Shown here piece after piece: positions 40,929-52,000 of a stretch of DNA of 64,000 bases. Below the pieces are notes generated by a model. It saw only the letters and a list, made by a program, of their open reading frames with translations, was not told the origin of the DNA and ran no database searches. The first letter of the stretch is position 1. Each line of letters begins with the position of its first letter. A program made the position numbers and the translations under genes. Origin of the DNA: Balanoglossus misakiensis (Eukaryota; Animalia; Hemichordata); assembly GCA_040954595.2 (NCBI GenBank), contig CM082587.2:1765000-1828999 (forward strand), read 5' to 3'.

Positions 40929-43928
40929 TTACTGTGCCATTACTCGGACACATCCGGTATATTCATCCACTACGACCACCTTTGCAAATGGCTCGTCATC
41001 GCTGACACATATACCAAGGGGGTGTCGGACACCGTCCTGGTCACTGTCAACGCGACAGATAAAGTTCCCAATCATGTCGTACTTCATCACGCAGTGTCCA
41101 GTGTTGTTGCAGACGTACACGTAGCCGCGACTGTCAGTCGCTATGCCGGTGTGGAAATCCGTCTGACCCGGCTTCCTCTTGACGAAGTCGAAGTTGTACA
41201 GAAACTCGCCGCTCTCCGTGAAGACGCCGACGCGACTGTTGTTGCTGTCCGTAACCAAGACGTTGCCAGTTGTGTAGTCCACGGCCACGCACCACGGGTG
41301 GTTCAGCTGACCCTCTCCGCTACCTAGACTTCCAAAAGTAGCGACAGGTCGGCCGTCTAGTCGGAAAACCCGCACGCGATGAGAAGAGTGATCGACGACG
41401 TACACTTTACCGCTGGCGTGGTTAACGGCAACACCCCTCGGGTCGGTGAGGCGACCTTTTCCGAAACACCTGACTAATTTCCAGTTTTCATCGCACACCA
41501 GCACCTGTTTGTTTCCGCCATCCGTGATATAGCAACTACCGTCGCCGTGTGACACGGCCGCGAAAAGTGGTATGCACTGCTTCGCAAACCCAGAAACACG
41601 AACGACCCTCCGCTGCTCTCCTTCCATAGTGAACACCTGCAGTCTTTCATGTCTGGGATCGCACGCCAAAACTTCACCTTTCCTGGTCAACGCCACGCCT
41701 CGCCGAAGCCAACCCATATGTCCAACTCCGGCCTCCGTCTGTCCAAACTTATACAGCACTCCTTTGTGAGAGATGACGTTAATATAAACTGGAGACCTTT
41801 GCACTGGTTTTGAACCTACTGTCACCGAGAGTTCGTGTTCTCCTTCGGCTTCTCCATGACAACGTAAAACGAAGATGCGGTTCCCCGCTATACTATTGAC
41901 CTCAACCGGCCGAACGTCACCTTTCGGAGATGTCAGCTGCGCATGTATGTCAAGAAAAGATTCAAGCATTATACGCTCACTTCGCTTTATCAATGTGACG
42001 TGAATTTCCTCCCCGATTCGTGTAAACTGTGGAATGTCACGAAGTTCGTAATCCTCGCACCGATCGTCTTCTAAAGCAGTGGTCATGGCCACCGGGGTTT
42101 TTGTGGTCACAGGTGTACTTTCTGTTGCGTGGTTTGTTAAAGAATCCATTTCTGCATCACTGGTAACGTCGGTTGTTGCTATGATAGAAGCTGTGTCTTT
42201 TTCTATGGTTTCGGCATCGGGGTATAAGACTGTCTCGGCGGTCAGCGCTATGGCAACCTTTGGTGTGACAAGTTCTGTGGAAGGGACGGTTGTTTTAGAA
42301 TGTTTTATTGTCGAGTGATCAGACTCGACGACCGTTGTCATCTGACTTTCTGGCCTAGCGTGCACAACTGCAACAGAAGGCACCGGTTTGGTCGTATTCG
42401 TTGCGCTTGATTCTGCTTCACCGAAACATATTGTGGTAGACTTTATATTGAAAGACGCTTCTGTCTTGAACACAGTTTCGGTCGATGGCTCAGTTGTGTA
42501 AATATCATGTTCATTTGGTAAACTGTCCGCTAGTGTAAGTTTTGTTGTCGGAGATGTGTCGGAATCTGCAGAGGTTGTTTTCTCTGTAATGGAGTTCGAC
42601 ACTGGAATTGTTGCAACAGTCGATACTGTTAACTCTGGATCAGGAGGAAGCGTTTCTGTTTCGCAAGTTTTCGGTTCCGGTGGACCAGTTGCACAAAATG
42701 CTACCATCGCTGCTGTTTCTGCCGTTGGAAATTCGTGCTGATCATGCATAGAAACTTGGAAACCATTTTCTCTTCGATGGATCCTGCTAGATTCCTCTGT
42801 TTGTGACTTGACGGTGTGAATAACGCCCAGGCGCTCGGATTCGCAAAAGTTATCGTACGGTTTGAACTCCGGGTAGTCGTTCGTGATTGGCGAAGAGTTT
42901 GCTTCATCAGCCAAGAGTTTGTTGACCCTAAGAGTGAGCCCTCTACGGGCGGATATCACTTGTATTTTGTCCTCACTTCGAAGGAGTGTCTCCGTCGTCT
43001 CTTTCGCGTCTGCCAAATATCTTAGCGTACTTTCACATTCTTTTAAAAGAGCTTGATTGTTTACTTTCCGAGATCCAAAGACATCTTTCAGCTGTTCCAG
43101 TAATTGCTTGCTATTTTCCTCGATTTTTCGGGTGACATCTTGAATCGCACGTCTTTTATGTGCTTCAATCTTCCTCTCTTCTTCGCGATGGCAGTTCTCC
43201 AACGCAGTTGCCATATCTTGAACCTCGATCCGCCTGCGGCTGACTTCTTTTTCTCTTAACATGATTTTATCCATTTTTGCCGTTAGTTCTTTAGTGAAGT
43301 CGACTGCGGCAGTTTCCACGTCCACAGATTTGTGTTCAGGCTGTCTATGGTTACTCGTTGTGCATTCAAGGCAGACGGTAACATCGCAACTTTCACAGAA
43401 TAACGACAATTCGTTGTCTGAGTGTTTGGTGCAGTAAAACGGACGCTGTTCTGCACTAGTATAAGATCGCGGTTCAACCATATTTGTATGATTGTCCTCG
43501 ATAGCAACCAAAACATGCGACCTACTTGTAGAAGCGTTCCTGTGAATACAGGAGCAGGAATAGCATAATTGTACTGCGCAGTCCATACATTGATTTGTTA
43601 AGTTAATATCCTTACAAACGGTGCATCTCGGGATTGCTTCGGCGGACACACTTCCCTTCGCGGAGAGTCTTTCAGTTTCGCAGACAAGATTGGCCACCGG
43701 CTTTAACTTTTCGGCCGCTCCCATAAATTTCTGCGACGTTTGGTGTGATCGACGACACATGGGACAGTACAGTCCACCGCTTTTGTCCACAAGCGTGTCT
43801 ATACACCGTTCACAGAAACTGTGCAGACACGGCAAGATATTGGCGTCCTGGTACCACTCGAAACAAATCCCACACTCCAGAAAGTTGTCGTCAACCTCGT
43901 GTAAAAACTCAAACTCTGCCGCCGCCAT
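40929..43928 (-). CDS. Intronless TRIM-NHL E3 ligase (RING, B-box1, B-box2, coiled coil, T/S/E-rich insert, filamin, NHL repeats), TRIM2/3/71-like
   Basis: 999-aa single ORF. C3HC4 RING CGIC...CLHSFCERC...CPMC; B-boxes CTVC...CMDC...CYSC..H...H and CTKH...FCESC...CLEC...H; filamin GEHELSVTVGSKPVQRSP; NHL repeats DPRGVAV, FGSLGSGEGQLNHPWCVAVD, HPLGICV. Good Kozak context (atcATGG). Confidence 0.93.
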   Translation of the reverse strand: MAAAEFEFLHEVDDNFLECGICFEWYQDANILPCLHSFCERCIDTLVDKSGGLYCPMCRRSHQTSQKFMGAAEKLKPVANLVCETERLSAKGSVSAEAIPRCTVCKDINLTNQCMDCAVQLCYSCSCIHRNASTSRSHVLVAIEDNHTNMVEPRSYTSAEQRPFYCTKHSDNELSLFCESCDVTVCLECTTSNHRQPEHKSVDVETAAVDFTKELTAKMDKIMLREKEVSRRRIEVQDMATALENCHREEERKIEAHKRRAIQDVTRKIEENSKQLLEQLKDVFGSRKVNNQALLKECESTLRYLADAKETTETLLRSEDKIQVISARRGLTLRVNKLLADEANSSPITNDYPEFKPYDNFCESERLGVIHTVKSQTEESSRIHRRENGFQVSMHDQHEFPTAETAAMVAFCATGPPEPKTCETETLPPDPELTVSTVATIPVSNSITEKTTSADSDTSPTTKLTLADSLPNEHDIYTTEPSTETVFKTEASFNIKSTTICFGEAESSATNTTKPVPSVAVVHARPESQMTTVVESDHSTIKHSKTTVPSTELVTPKVAIALTAETVLYPDAETIEKDTASIIATTDVTSDAEMDSLTNHATESTPVTTKTPVAMTTALEDDRCEDYELRDIPQFTRIGEEIHVTLIKRSERIMLESFLDIHAQLTSPKGDVRPVEVNSIAGNRIFVLRCHGEAEGEHELSVTVGSKPVQRSPVYINVISHKGVLYKFGQTEAGVGHMGWLRRGVALTRKGEVLACDPRHERLQVFTMEGEQRRVVRVSGFAKQCIPLFAAVSHGDGSCYITDGGNKQVLVCDENWKLVRCFGKGRLTDPRGVAVNHASGKVYVVDHSSHRVRVFRLDGRPVATFGSLGSGEGQLNHPWCVAVDYTTGNVLVTDSNNSRVGVFTESGEFLYNFDFVKRKPGQTDFHTGIATDSRGYVYVCNNTGHCVMKYDMIGNFICRVDSDQDGVRHPLGICVSDDEPFAKVVVVDEYTGCVRVMAQ

Positions 43929-44856
43929 GATGGAATGCTACTTTTAAAACACACTGCACTATTGTATTCAGACGAGGGCACCCCCTGACATTGTTGAAAT
44001 TCTTTTATTGGTGTTCCCCCTTTCACTATTTTAATATGGATTAACTGTTTTGTTTTCATTCCCATACGATTGAGACTCTGAGATTGAGTCAATAAGACAT
44101 GCACGCCCTGTCAAGGTAGACATTTAAACAATACACAATTGGGAGAAAAAATAGGTGCCACTGGAACAGAGTAGTTGACCGGTGGTATTCAGGTCAAATC
44201 TAACTCTCTGCAGTCCTAAGTTTGACCTGTGTTTTTAGGGTTAACCATACAGGGAACAATAGTCAAATGTTGACCTATGGTTATTTGGGTCAATGAACGT
44301 TGTACGAAACTTAAAAGAAACTATAAAAGAAATAAAATAACTTATAAGAAACTTATGGAAATAGCGCATTGTTGGAAATGACGGTTTATTGGTTGGTCGA
44401 AATGTGCTACGGATTGTCTTCACTCCCGATTGTATCAAAGAAAAGTTCCAGGGTATTTTCACGGAATGCCACTGTGAAACTCAGGGTTACCTAGTTCAGT
44501 CCTTGACTGAAGATAATGGCAATGTACCGCGTCAAGACTGAACTGACTTGGTCTTGGATCGACGGACCAATATATCGGGATATACCGCCCTCTCTGTCGA
44601 CGTCCTTGTAATGAAATGATACAAAAAAAGAAAGGATATCCCCATTACCCATGATGCAACTTGATAGAAAATACAACTTCCTGGGTTGAAGACGAGAGCT
44701 GAACGCGAACGAATGGGTTCACTACACAGCGTGTGTTCACTCCGCCAAAACACGCGGATACCGTATAAACTGTGCGACGAACAGCTCACCTATCGTGACT
44801 AATTGATAAAGAGACTTCGTGGGAAACTGGTGGCCATCGAGGATAAAATGCTTTAA

Positions 44857-44986
44857 ATGGCGTTTCTACCGTACCGAGCAGTTATGCAGACCAAATACCA
44901 GTTGATGATCGGTATACTGGTTCTGACGGCCCTCTTCTATTTGGAGTCGCAGATACAGCGGCTTGAAGTATCCTTGTCCAAAATGG
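44857..44986 (+). CDS. HS2ST1: Heparan sulfate 2-O-sulfotransferase 1, first coding exon (remainder beyond the window)
   Basis: MAFLPYRAVMQTKYQLMIGILVLTALFYLESQIQRLEVSLSKM is a type II signal-anchor matching the HS2ST1 pattern (KLQLL...MLFLENQIQKLEES). Phase-1 donor G|GTGAGT. No sulfotransferase exon 2 (NRVPKTAS) was seen before 64000. Confidence 0.8.
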
Positions 44987-46547
44987 GTGAGTTCTCTCCC
45001 ACAGCTCCGCCGGTCAGCATGCTATACGTTGTTTTAACGGAAATAGCATTTTTTACTGCGATAATGAAGTTATACGTCGTCGTCGTCGTACTGTAGGTAA
45101 CGTCACTGTAGCAAAGGCACCGTGTTGTGAAACATACATGGGTATGAAATTGACAACACACACGGTGTCATAGCTCGCTGACAATATCCGAAGTTTATCC
45201 ACCGACTTTTCATATTTACCTTTGCCATTGTGTGTTTATGCAGTGCTATAGACACACTGGAATTTTATATGACCATAACACTAACCGTGGAAACTTCCCC
45301 AAAGCACATTTCGTCTGCCTGCACATCCCCAATTGAATTGTTCGGGTTTTACGGGGTCATGTATAAGCTTTTAGTCATTCACTGAACGAAAACCTTTGCT
45401 GGTTGCATACGGATCGAATTTCAACCACTGGGCGAAAACAAAGTGTCGCGCACGGCGGCTTCGTTTCTTTTAACCTTCCAAATCTCCCCCGAATACTCGC
45501 ATTCTCTTGACATAGTCAGGCGTACCAGTTGACCCGTTTGCTAAATTATATCCGTGCCGAGTTAAAAGGGGAGCTGAAATCGATTCGCGAAATCTTGGGC
45601 CCGACTTTTCAGTTTTTTTCTTTACAAAAGGCATTGCGAATTAATCGTGTGGAAATTCTTAGTGACTGAATCCGGAGTTATAGGATAGGCCATTTGTGTT
45701 TAACATCTAAGTAAGCCTGTTTTTCATGAGTCAGCTTACACGTAATGTCTTTTAGAAGGTCTGCATTACTAAGACGCTGGTTAGCAATTCAAGCCAGTCA
45801 GAAAAAAGGTTTGCAATGACATGGTTTTGACGCTTCCGTAGACTAGTGAAGTCAACGGATGCGCGGCTCCGAAGCAGTTGTTTTTCCTCGGACACTGCAC
45901 TGCGACGTACTGTCGTTTTTTTTTTTATCATTCCAAATACAAATTTAGTTACATGAACCCTGTAAGTCGAAGATGTAATTAATGTCAAACAAGATTCATC
46001 TATTAATCATTAAAACGAAATTAGTTTTGGGGTAATTGAATCAAGAAATGCAGTTTGGTGTCTGTGTGAGAGAAAGTGCAATCGATCAGAAAAGAAATGG
46101 AAGTGTGATTGCATATAATTCAAGTACTTTTCTTCCACGTCAAAGAAGCTTAGACTTATAAACAAATTCCTTTAGATAGATTTGCTACAGGCAGAGATTT
46201 CAACCCAGCTTCCACTTATATGGTGGCACTCCATTGATTGAAATGCAAAGACCAAGCATCATGTTACAATACAGTTGATTCCACCAAGTGGGATTGTGTC
46301 CATGGTGAACTTTCTGTGCTTCTTAGAACATATTCAAATCTCAATGTGCACATTTTTTTTTGTAAAGTAATATCATGCGATGGCAACATGCGTAATAAAT
46401 TTGACTCAACTTTCATGATATATGTCAAAATGTTATTGTACCGCAAAGAGTTAATTTTAGCATGTGTCCTACAAAATTTGGTGGGTACATGTACATGTTG
46501 ATTTCAAAATTCTCAGACAGTTAGAATTATATCTGCTTTTAATCTCT

Positions 46548-46585
46548 TCATTCATTCATTCATTCATTCATTCATTCATTCATTC
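46548..46585. repeat. (TCAT)n microsatellite
   Basis: Tandem ttca/tcat units. Confidence 0.93.
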
Positions 46586-49052
46586 CAATTTATATTGCTT
46601 TAAACTTTTTTTTTCAATAAAACTTGAAATTTGAATGGTTATTGTTATATTCTTATAATTTTTTTACCATATACATGTATATAGATTTTCTCTATTTCTT
46701 GATTTTCAATTATTATGGTAGACAGGTACAAAATAAAAACAGGTGTATTTTGTGAAAACCACCCATAAAAAATCAAATTGATGATGACTTGAAAAGGCCT
46801 GAAATCAAGAGTGTATTGCTTTATTGTATTGCAGTGACAAAGACCTGCCATAGAAAATTGCTTATATTCAATCAGACAGATCCCTTACAGGGTCGTACAC
46901 CAATGACCTTTGCTGTTTTTGCCACAGGGGAATTTATCCAGTAGAGTAACATCAAAGAAGCCCTCCCATCAAATGCTAGGGCCTGTGTGTGTTTGAAACA
47001 TGCCCCATCGACTTCTAAGTATTAATTTTGCCATTTGTAAATTTTCTTTCTCGGATTGTATAATTCATAAAGTTTGCCTGTGGCCGGGATTTCTCAGAAC
47101 AAGTGATGCGTTGCCAATCTTGGTGGTATTGCATTGTGTCTGTGTAGAGTGGGCTGTAGTGTAATATTCTTTGTTGAGAAGTGATTGGGTTCTGTAGTAC
47201 TATTGAACTTACTCGGTTGTGTGTGTGGTTATGGGGAGGTGGGGGGTGGAGAAGAAAAAAATCACAGCCAAGCATCTGCATTTGCAATCAAATCTGATTC
47301 AATTGTAATGTATATTAAGATCAGATGTTTCATTCAAATTACAATGTACACAGCCTTTCCAAGTGAAAAGTACAAGTAACAATATTTTCCCACTCTCTCC
47401 AAAAACAGAAAGAAAAGAAAATGGTTCTTTCTGTTATTTCAAACCAGACTGGAATATCCAGAGGTTAATTTGTACAGGCAGTTTTTAATTTCCTGAATCA
47501 TTAATTATTAATGAATCAATCACCACAACACAATTAAGACTGTTGGTTCTGTAAAAATGTTCAGAACCAATCAGTGTAATTAAAGTTAATTATTGAAATT
47601 CTTTGTCTTAGGCTAATTAAGGTAACTCCTCTGAAGAGAGCCAGTCTGGCTGACTACCACTAATAAATGAAACTTTTGCATACAAAAGCAATTGTCACTT
47701 AGCGATAGCTGGGCTAATGTAGAAATACCTGAAATAATGATCAAAACCATCGACAGGATTCAAAGACATACCACTTTGTTGAATATAATAATTTTAACCA
47801 AGGTAATTTTCACAGCAAGTTATCAGTTTGAAATTCTAAACATGACACTTGAAGTTGAATGCGTAGGCCATACCATACAAAAGTCTTGTTTCTCACAACA
47901 GTCTAAGATATTTAGCTTTTCATGTCCATTTGATTTAAACCTTGTTCCATTCCGTCGTTTCATTTTCTGTGGCTGCCACAACATTGTTTCCGGTCGAAGC
48001 GTGTTGTAAAAGGCTGGTGTGATTTGAGAGTCAAGGTGGATGGATTGGATTGGTAACACATCAGCTTGTACACAGCTCATGGTCAAAATTTCTTCAGTTT
48101 CGCAACCATGACATTCACAATATCATCAGTGTATTTCCAAGACTCCTACGGGTTTTAGTTTTATCTGAAAAAAAAACAAAACAAAGAGAATTGGCAGGTG
48201 GCATAAAATGTGAGAATCAAAAAATATATTTTATGTGGCCTGAGCATAATGCATTTAAATAGATTTTGAACAAAAGTCCTGAATACTTGTATTTTTCAAC
48301 TAAAAAGCTTGAAAACGGTCTATAATATACATCCAACAAAGTATTCATGCAACTTCCTGTGAAATCCTATGGTATCCCCCACAGGTATCTTGAGGCCTTT
48401 TCAAATTACCAACATTTCTTACAAATATTCCGACAGCATGCAATCTCCTACTCAATAGCCAACTGAGGGGAAATTTGAATAATGGATAAAGTGACTTGGA
48501 AGCCATTTTACATCAAATAAATATTCATAGAGCATTGGCAAAGCTAAATATTGGGTGATATCTCTCTGGTATTTATCAAAGGCTGCATTCATACTGTGGG
48601 TAAATGTTTTAATGACGATGTCCATTTGATTTTTTTTGGTAGTAATTTCCGTTTGAGATTTTTTTTTACAGAAATTCTACATACTATTTGGTGATTTTGT
48701 AAACAGTAAAGAATGAATTGACAATGAAAGGTGCCTTTGTAAAATGATATTTTATTTCCAATTACATTTATACCACAAATTAAATTTTTGAAATCCATTT
48801 TGACATCTAAAATTCAATAAATTCACAGTTGAGACCTGTGAGGTTTAAAGCACGCTGCAGTTCACAACTGTCTAATCTCGTATGTACATTGTACCCACAC
48901 ATACACACACATGTGAGGACACCGCTTAGCACACAGACTGCATAACTGTTCCTTTCAGATGAGCATTGTTTGTTTTCTAAAATGAGACCACCCTGGTGTT
49001 GAATAGATACGCACAGAGAGTGGCGGGCATTGCAACTTCACAGAGTGTACCA

Positions 49053-49073
49053 TGGGGGGGGGGGGGGGGGGGG
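49053..49073. repeat. Poly-G tract (~21 nt)
   Basis: Homopolymer run. Confidence 0.9.
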
Positions 49074-52000
49074 TTTCGCGGGGAATATGGTGGTCGTATA
49101 GCAAAAAATCCACCTAGCAAAGTGAAATAAATCAGACCTCAAAATATGAATTGTAACCATTTGAAAAGAAAACAGCCTTCTCCAGATTCGTTAGTGATGA
49201 GGGAGGCTTGGGAATTGTGTACTGACAACAGATGCCGTATCCTGGAGACCGGCACCATAATGAAGATTGGAAAATCATTTTACTGGAATATAAAAGAGGA
49301 CAGATCGGGGTCAGACTTGATTTGGAATTCAGAACAAAGGGGTTATTGGAAACTTCACTGCTTAGCTGCAAGTATTCTGTGATGTCAGCCGATGTTTCTA
49401 TCCCTTAGGCGGCCTTCTTCGACTGTAAATAATGGCTCAGAAAAGGGCATCGCTCAGATATCTCCCCCCACAGAGCGTTTCCAGATTTTTTTGTTATTTT
49501 TAATGCAGCGGAAATTATTTCCTGGTTTTTGTTGATGTCTGATTTATAAGCATGTCTTCAAGCCCCCCTCCCCCCAAACCCCACAAGTGTCATGTGATGA
49601 TTCTGCCTGTTCAGCAAGCTATAAATCGTCATTCGAACCCCAATAGATGTGTCATGATTGTCATCCATTGCTTTGAGGTTTCATCCGGTTGTCTGAATAG
49701 ATGATACCCTCCAACAAGATTATCCTGCATTTTATCATTGCAGTATTCAACCAGAAATTTACGCTTTTTTTTTACTGTCTGAGTCACCTTGAGAAATAAG
49801 TTGATCAGTTCCTGTCAGTTTCCCTCACAGCTCTTCCCCAGCATCCAAAGAAAAATAACAAGAAGGTTTGATTGGAATATTAGAGTCATCTTGTCATCAT
49901 TCACTCTGCCTGTCTTGTGTAGCCAGTTCCTTTTATCCAGATATTTTACAACCATCACAAATAATGTTTTACATCCTCTCTGTAAGTTGGAGTGTATTAT
50001 CTAGGGACACTAGGTGCAAGTCGATATTTTCTCGAACAAATTGTGGTGATAATCCCAGTGCAATGAAAGACCCAATTTCATGGTGTAATTTATGGCTGTT
50101 CACAGATGGGTTTATCCTTTACTTTCTGTTCAAACTCTAAGTTGTCTTTTCCAGAAACTTTTCTGGGCGGAATTTTCTTGTTGAAGTGATATCTCTGTTT
50201 GTCGACAACTAAGGAAAGTGCCAGCAAAGTGTTTTTGTGGATTGACAGGTCATTTAAAGGCAGTCGGTTTTTATCTCACCGAGCGGCCTTCCAAGAAAAG
50301 TTTAATGTAAATTGTATAGATAAAGAAGTCCCGGTAATGGAAAAAATGCGCAGATTTGTCTCTCGCACTGCAGCTAGGAGATAACAAATTGTCGACAAAA
50401 TTCATGCAAAATCTCGGTTATCTGTCCAAACATGTAAAAGCTGACCTCTACAGTGCATGTTTAGTAACCTAGTTTTCACTATATCACAGTCTTCAAGTAT
50501 CATTCCAGTGTTAAGGGAGCCAATGCACCAGGCCAGGAATTTTCAACTTAAGTGTGCTATTTGCATTAAAGTGTGCTATTTACACTGAATTAGCTGTGAT
50601 TCAGACAATCAAACTTTTCATGCATATATAGATTAGAAACTGACAAACATCCGTACTTTTAAGCATTCATCATAGGTTCATGATATGTTTGCATAATTAG
50701 CAAGCTATTTGCGTTGGGTATACAGAGAAGTACAGTTTGGGCTCAGTTAAGAGTGTTTTAGGATATCGATTTTGAAAAATGAGGCAGCAAATATAGCTTC
50801 ATCCGTTGGGTGCACACCTAACAAAAGTTCTTATTGTTACTACAAAGTGCCTTTATAAAACACTGATTTAGATTTATGTGCCGGCATAAATATCAGTAAT
50901 ATACAAAATATCAGATAAATGTCTCTTTCACCATGTTTCCATTAAAACCCGCCAGATGCCTGCTCTTTATTTTAAAACCAGGAGATCTTGTTCTATCTGT
51001 CATGGGGTATAGGCAGCTCAACATTTGTATCTATAAAATGGTGATTAAAAATGTTTAAAACATCAGCTGGCATTTTTATAGTACATGTACTGGTTATGGT
51101 TCTTTTTATACTGTGATAAAAAATCCCGATTGGAATGAAATGATCCGTACGGTCTCTCTCTATTATCTATGCTGTAAATGCACATGTACATCAGAAAGAT
51201 TATTCCGTTGAGCTATACAATTGACCTCAAAATATCTCATTGCAAATTGGCTTCATTTGTGAATTCTTTGGTTTAATTACCAGATGTCATGTGTCATAGT
51301 GTTGGCCCTGGACGGCCATGTCGAAATTCACAACTGGCACCTTCATACTACAGTTTTGGACTAGTAGATCCGATTGAAATTCATGTGATAATCTTTTCAG
51401 TTTCACCTGTTATCTGCCACAAGTCTTACATGAAGCGAGTCCCTAAAAATTGCCGATATCAGTTGATAATGGATTTTCAACAGTTGTGTATACTCACCAG
51501 AAGAGCACTTAAAAACGAGCCAACGTGTATATGCATCATTAGAAACAGAGGAGCCATTTCCCAAACACTCTCTGAAACAATTTCGTCCTTATGTTTGGCA
51601 AGGCAAGATGGATTTTACTTGAAAATCAGTGTCATTTAGAGTAACGTGAGCAGACAGGTCGGTGCCAAGTTGCAGTCGGAGTAGTGTGATGGTTTTGTTC
51701 GTCAGTGCTAAGTGGCTAGTGTTACCAATTTGACAGCTATTTAAGAAACAACTTTTAGAGGTTTCTATTGGTGCCTGTGTGTTTCTACACATTCCAGATG
51801 ATCAGCCAGATGTATCAGCAGATCACCCAAGATTTGATTGCTGGTCACATGTTAGTTTGGTGTTTGGTTTCTCCAGTAATTGACCATCAAGCTCAGGTAC
51901 ATGTGCCTGTCCCTTCCAACAATCTGTTCCACCCTCTGTCAGTGTGGTAGAATCCTAACTTCTTCTCTGTCAGGACCCCCTCCCCAATTCTCAGCACATA

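Noticed and set aside
44632-44640. Minus-strand ATATCCTTT resembling a U12 AT-AC donor
   Set aside because: No downstream U12 branch point (TTCCTTAAC) with acceptor found, and no coding context.
40560-44850. C5orf22 next to DROSHA or SELENOF next to HS2ST1, as in human
   Set aside because: No matching coding sequence recognised in either interval.
50510-50822. Possible TTAA-flanked DNA-transposon remnant
   Set aside because: Termini too degenerate to support without a repeat library.
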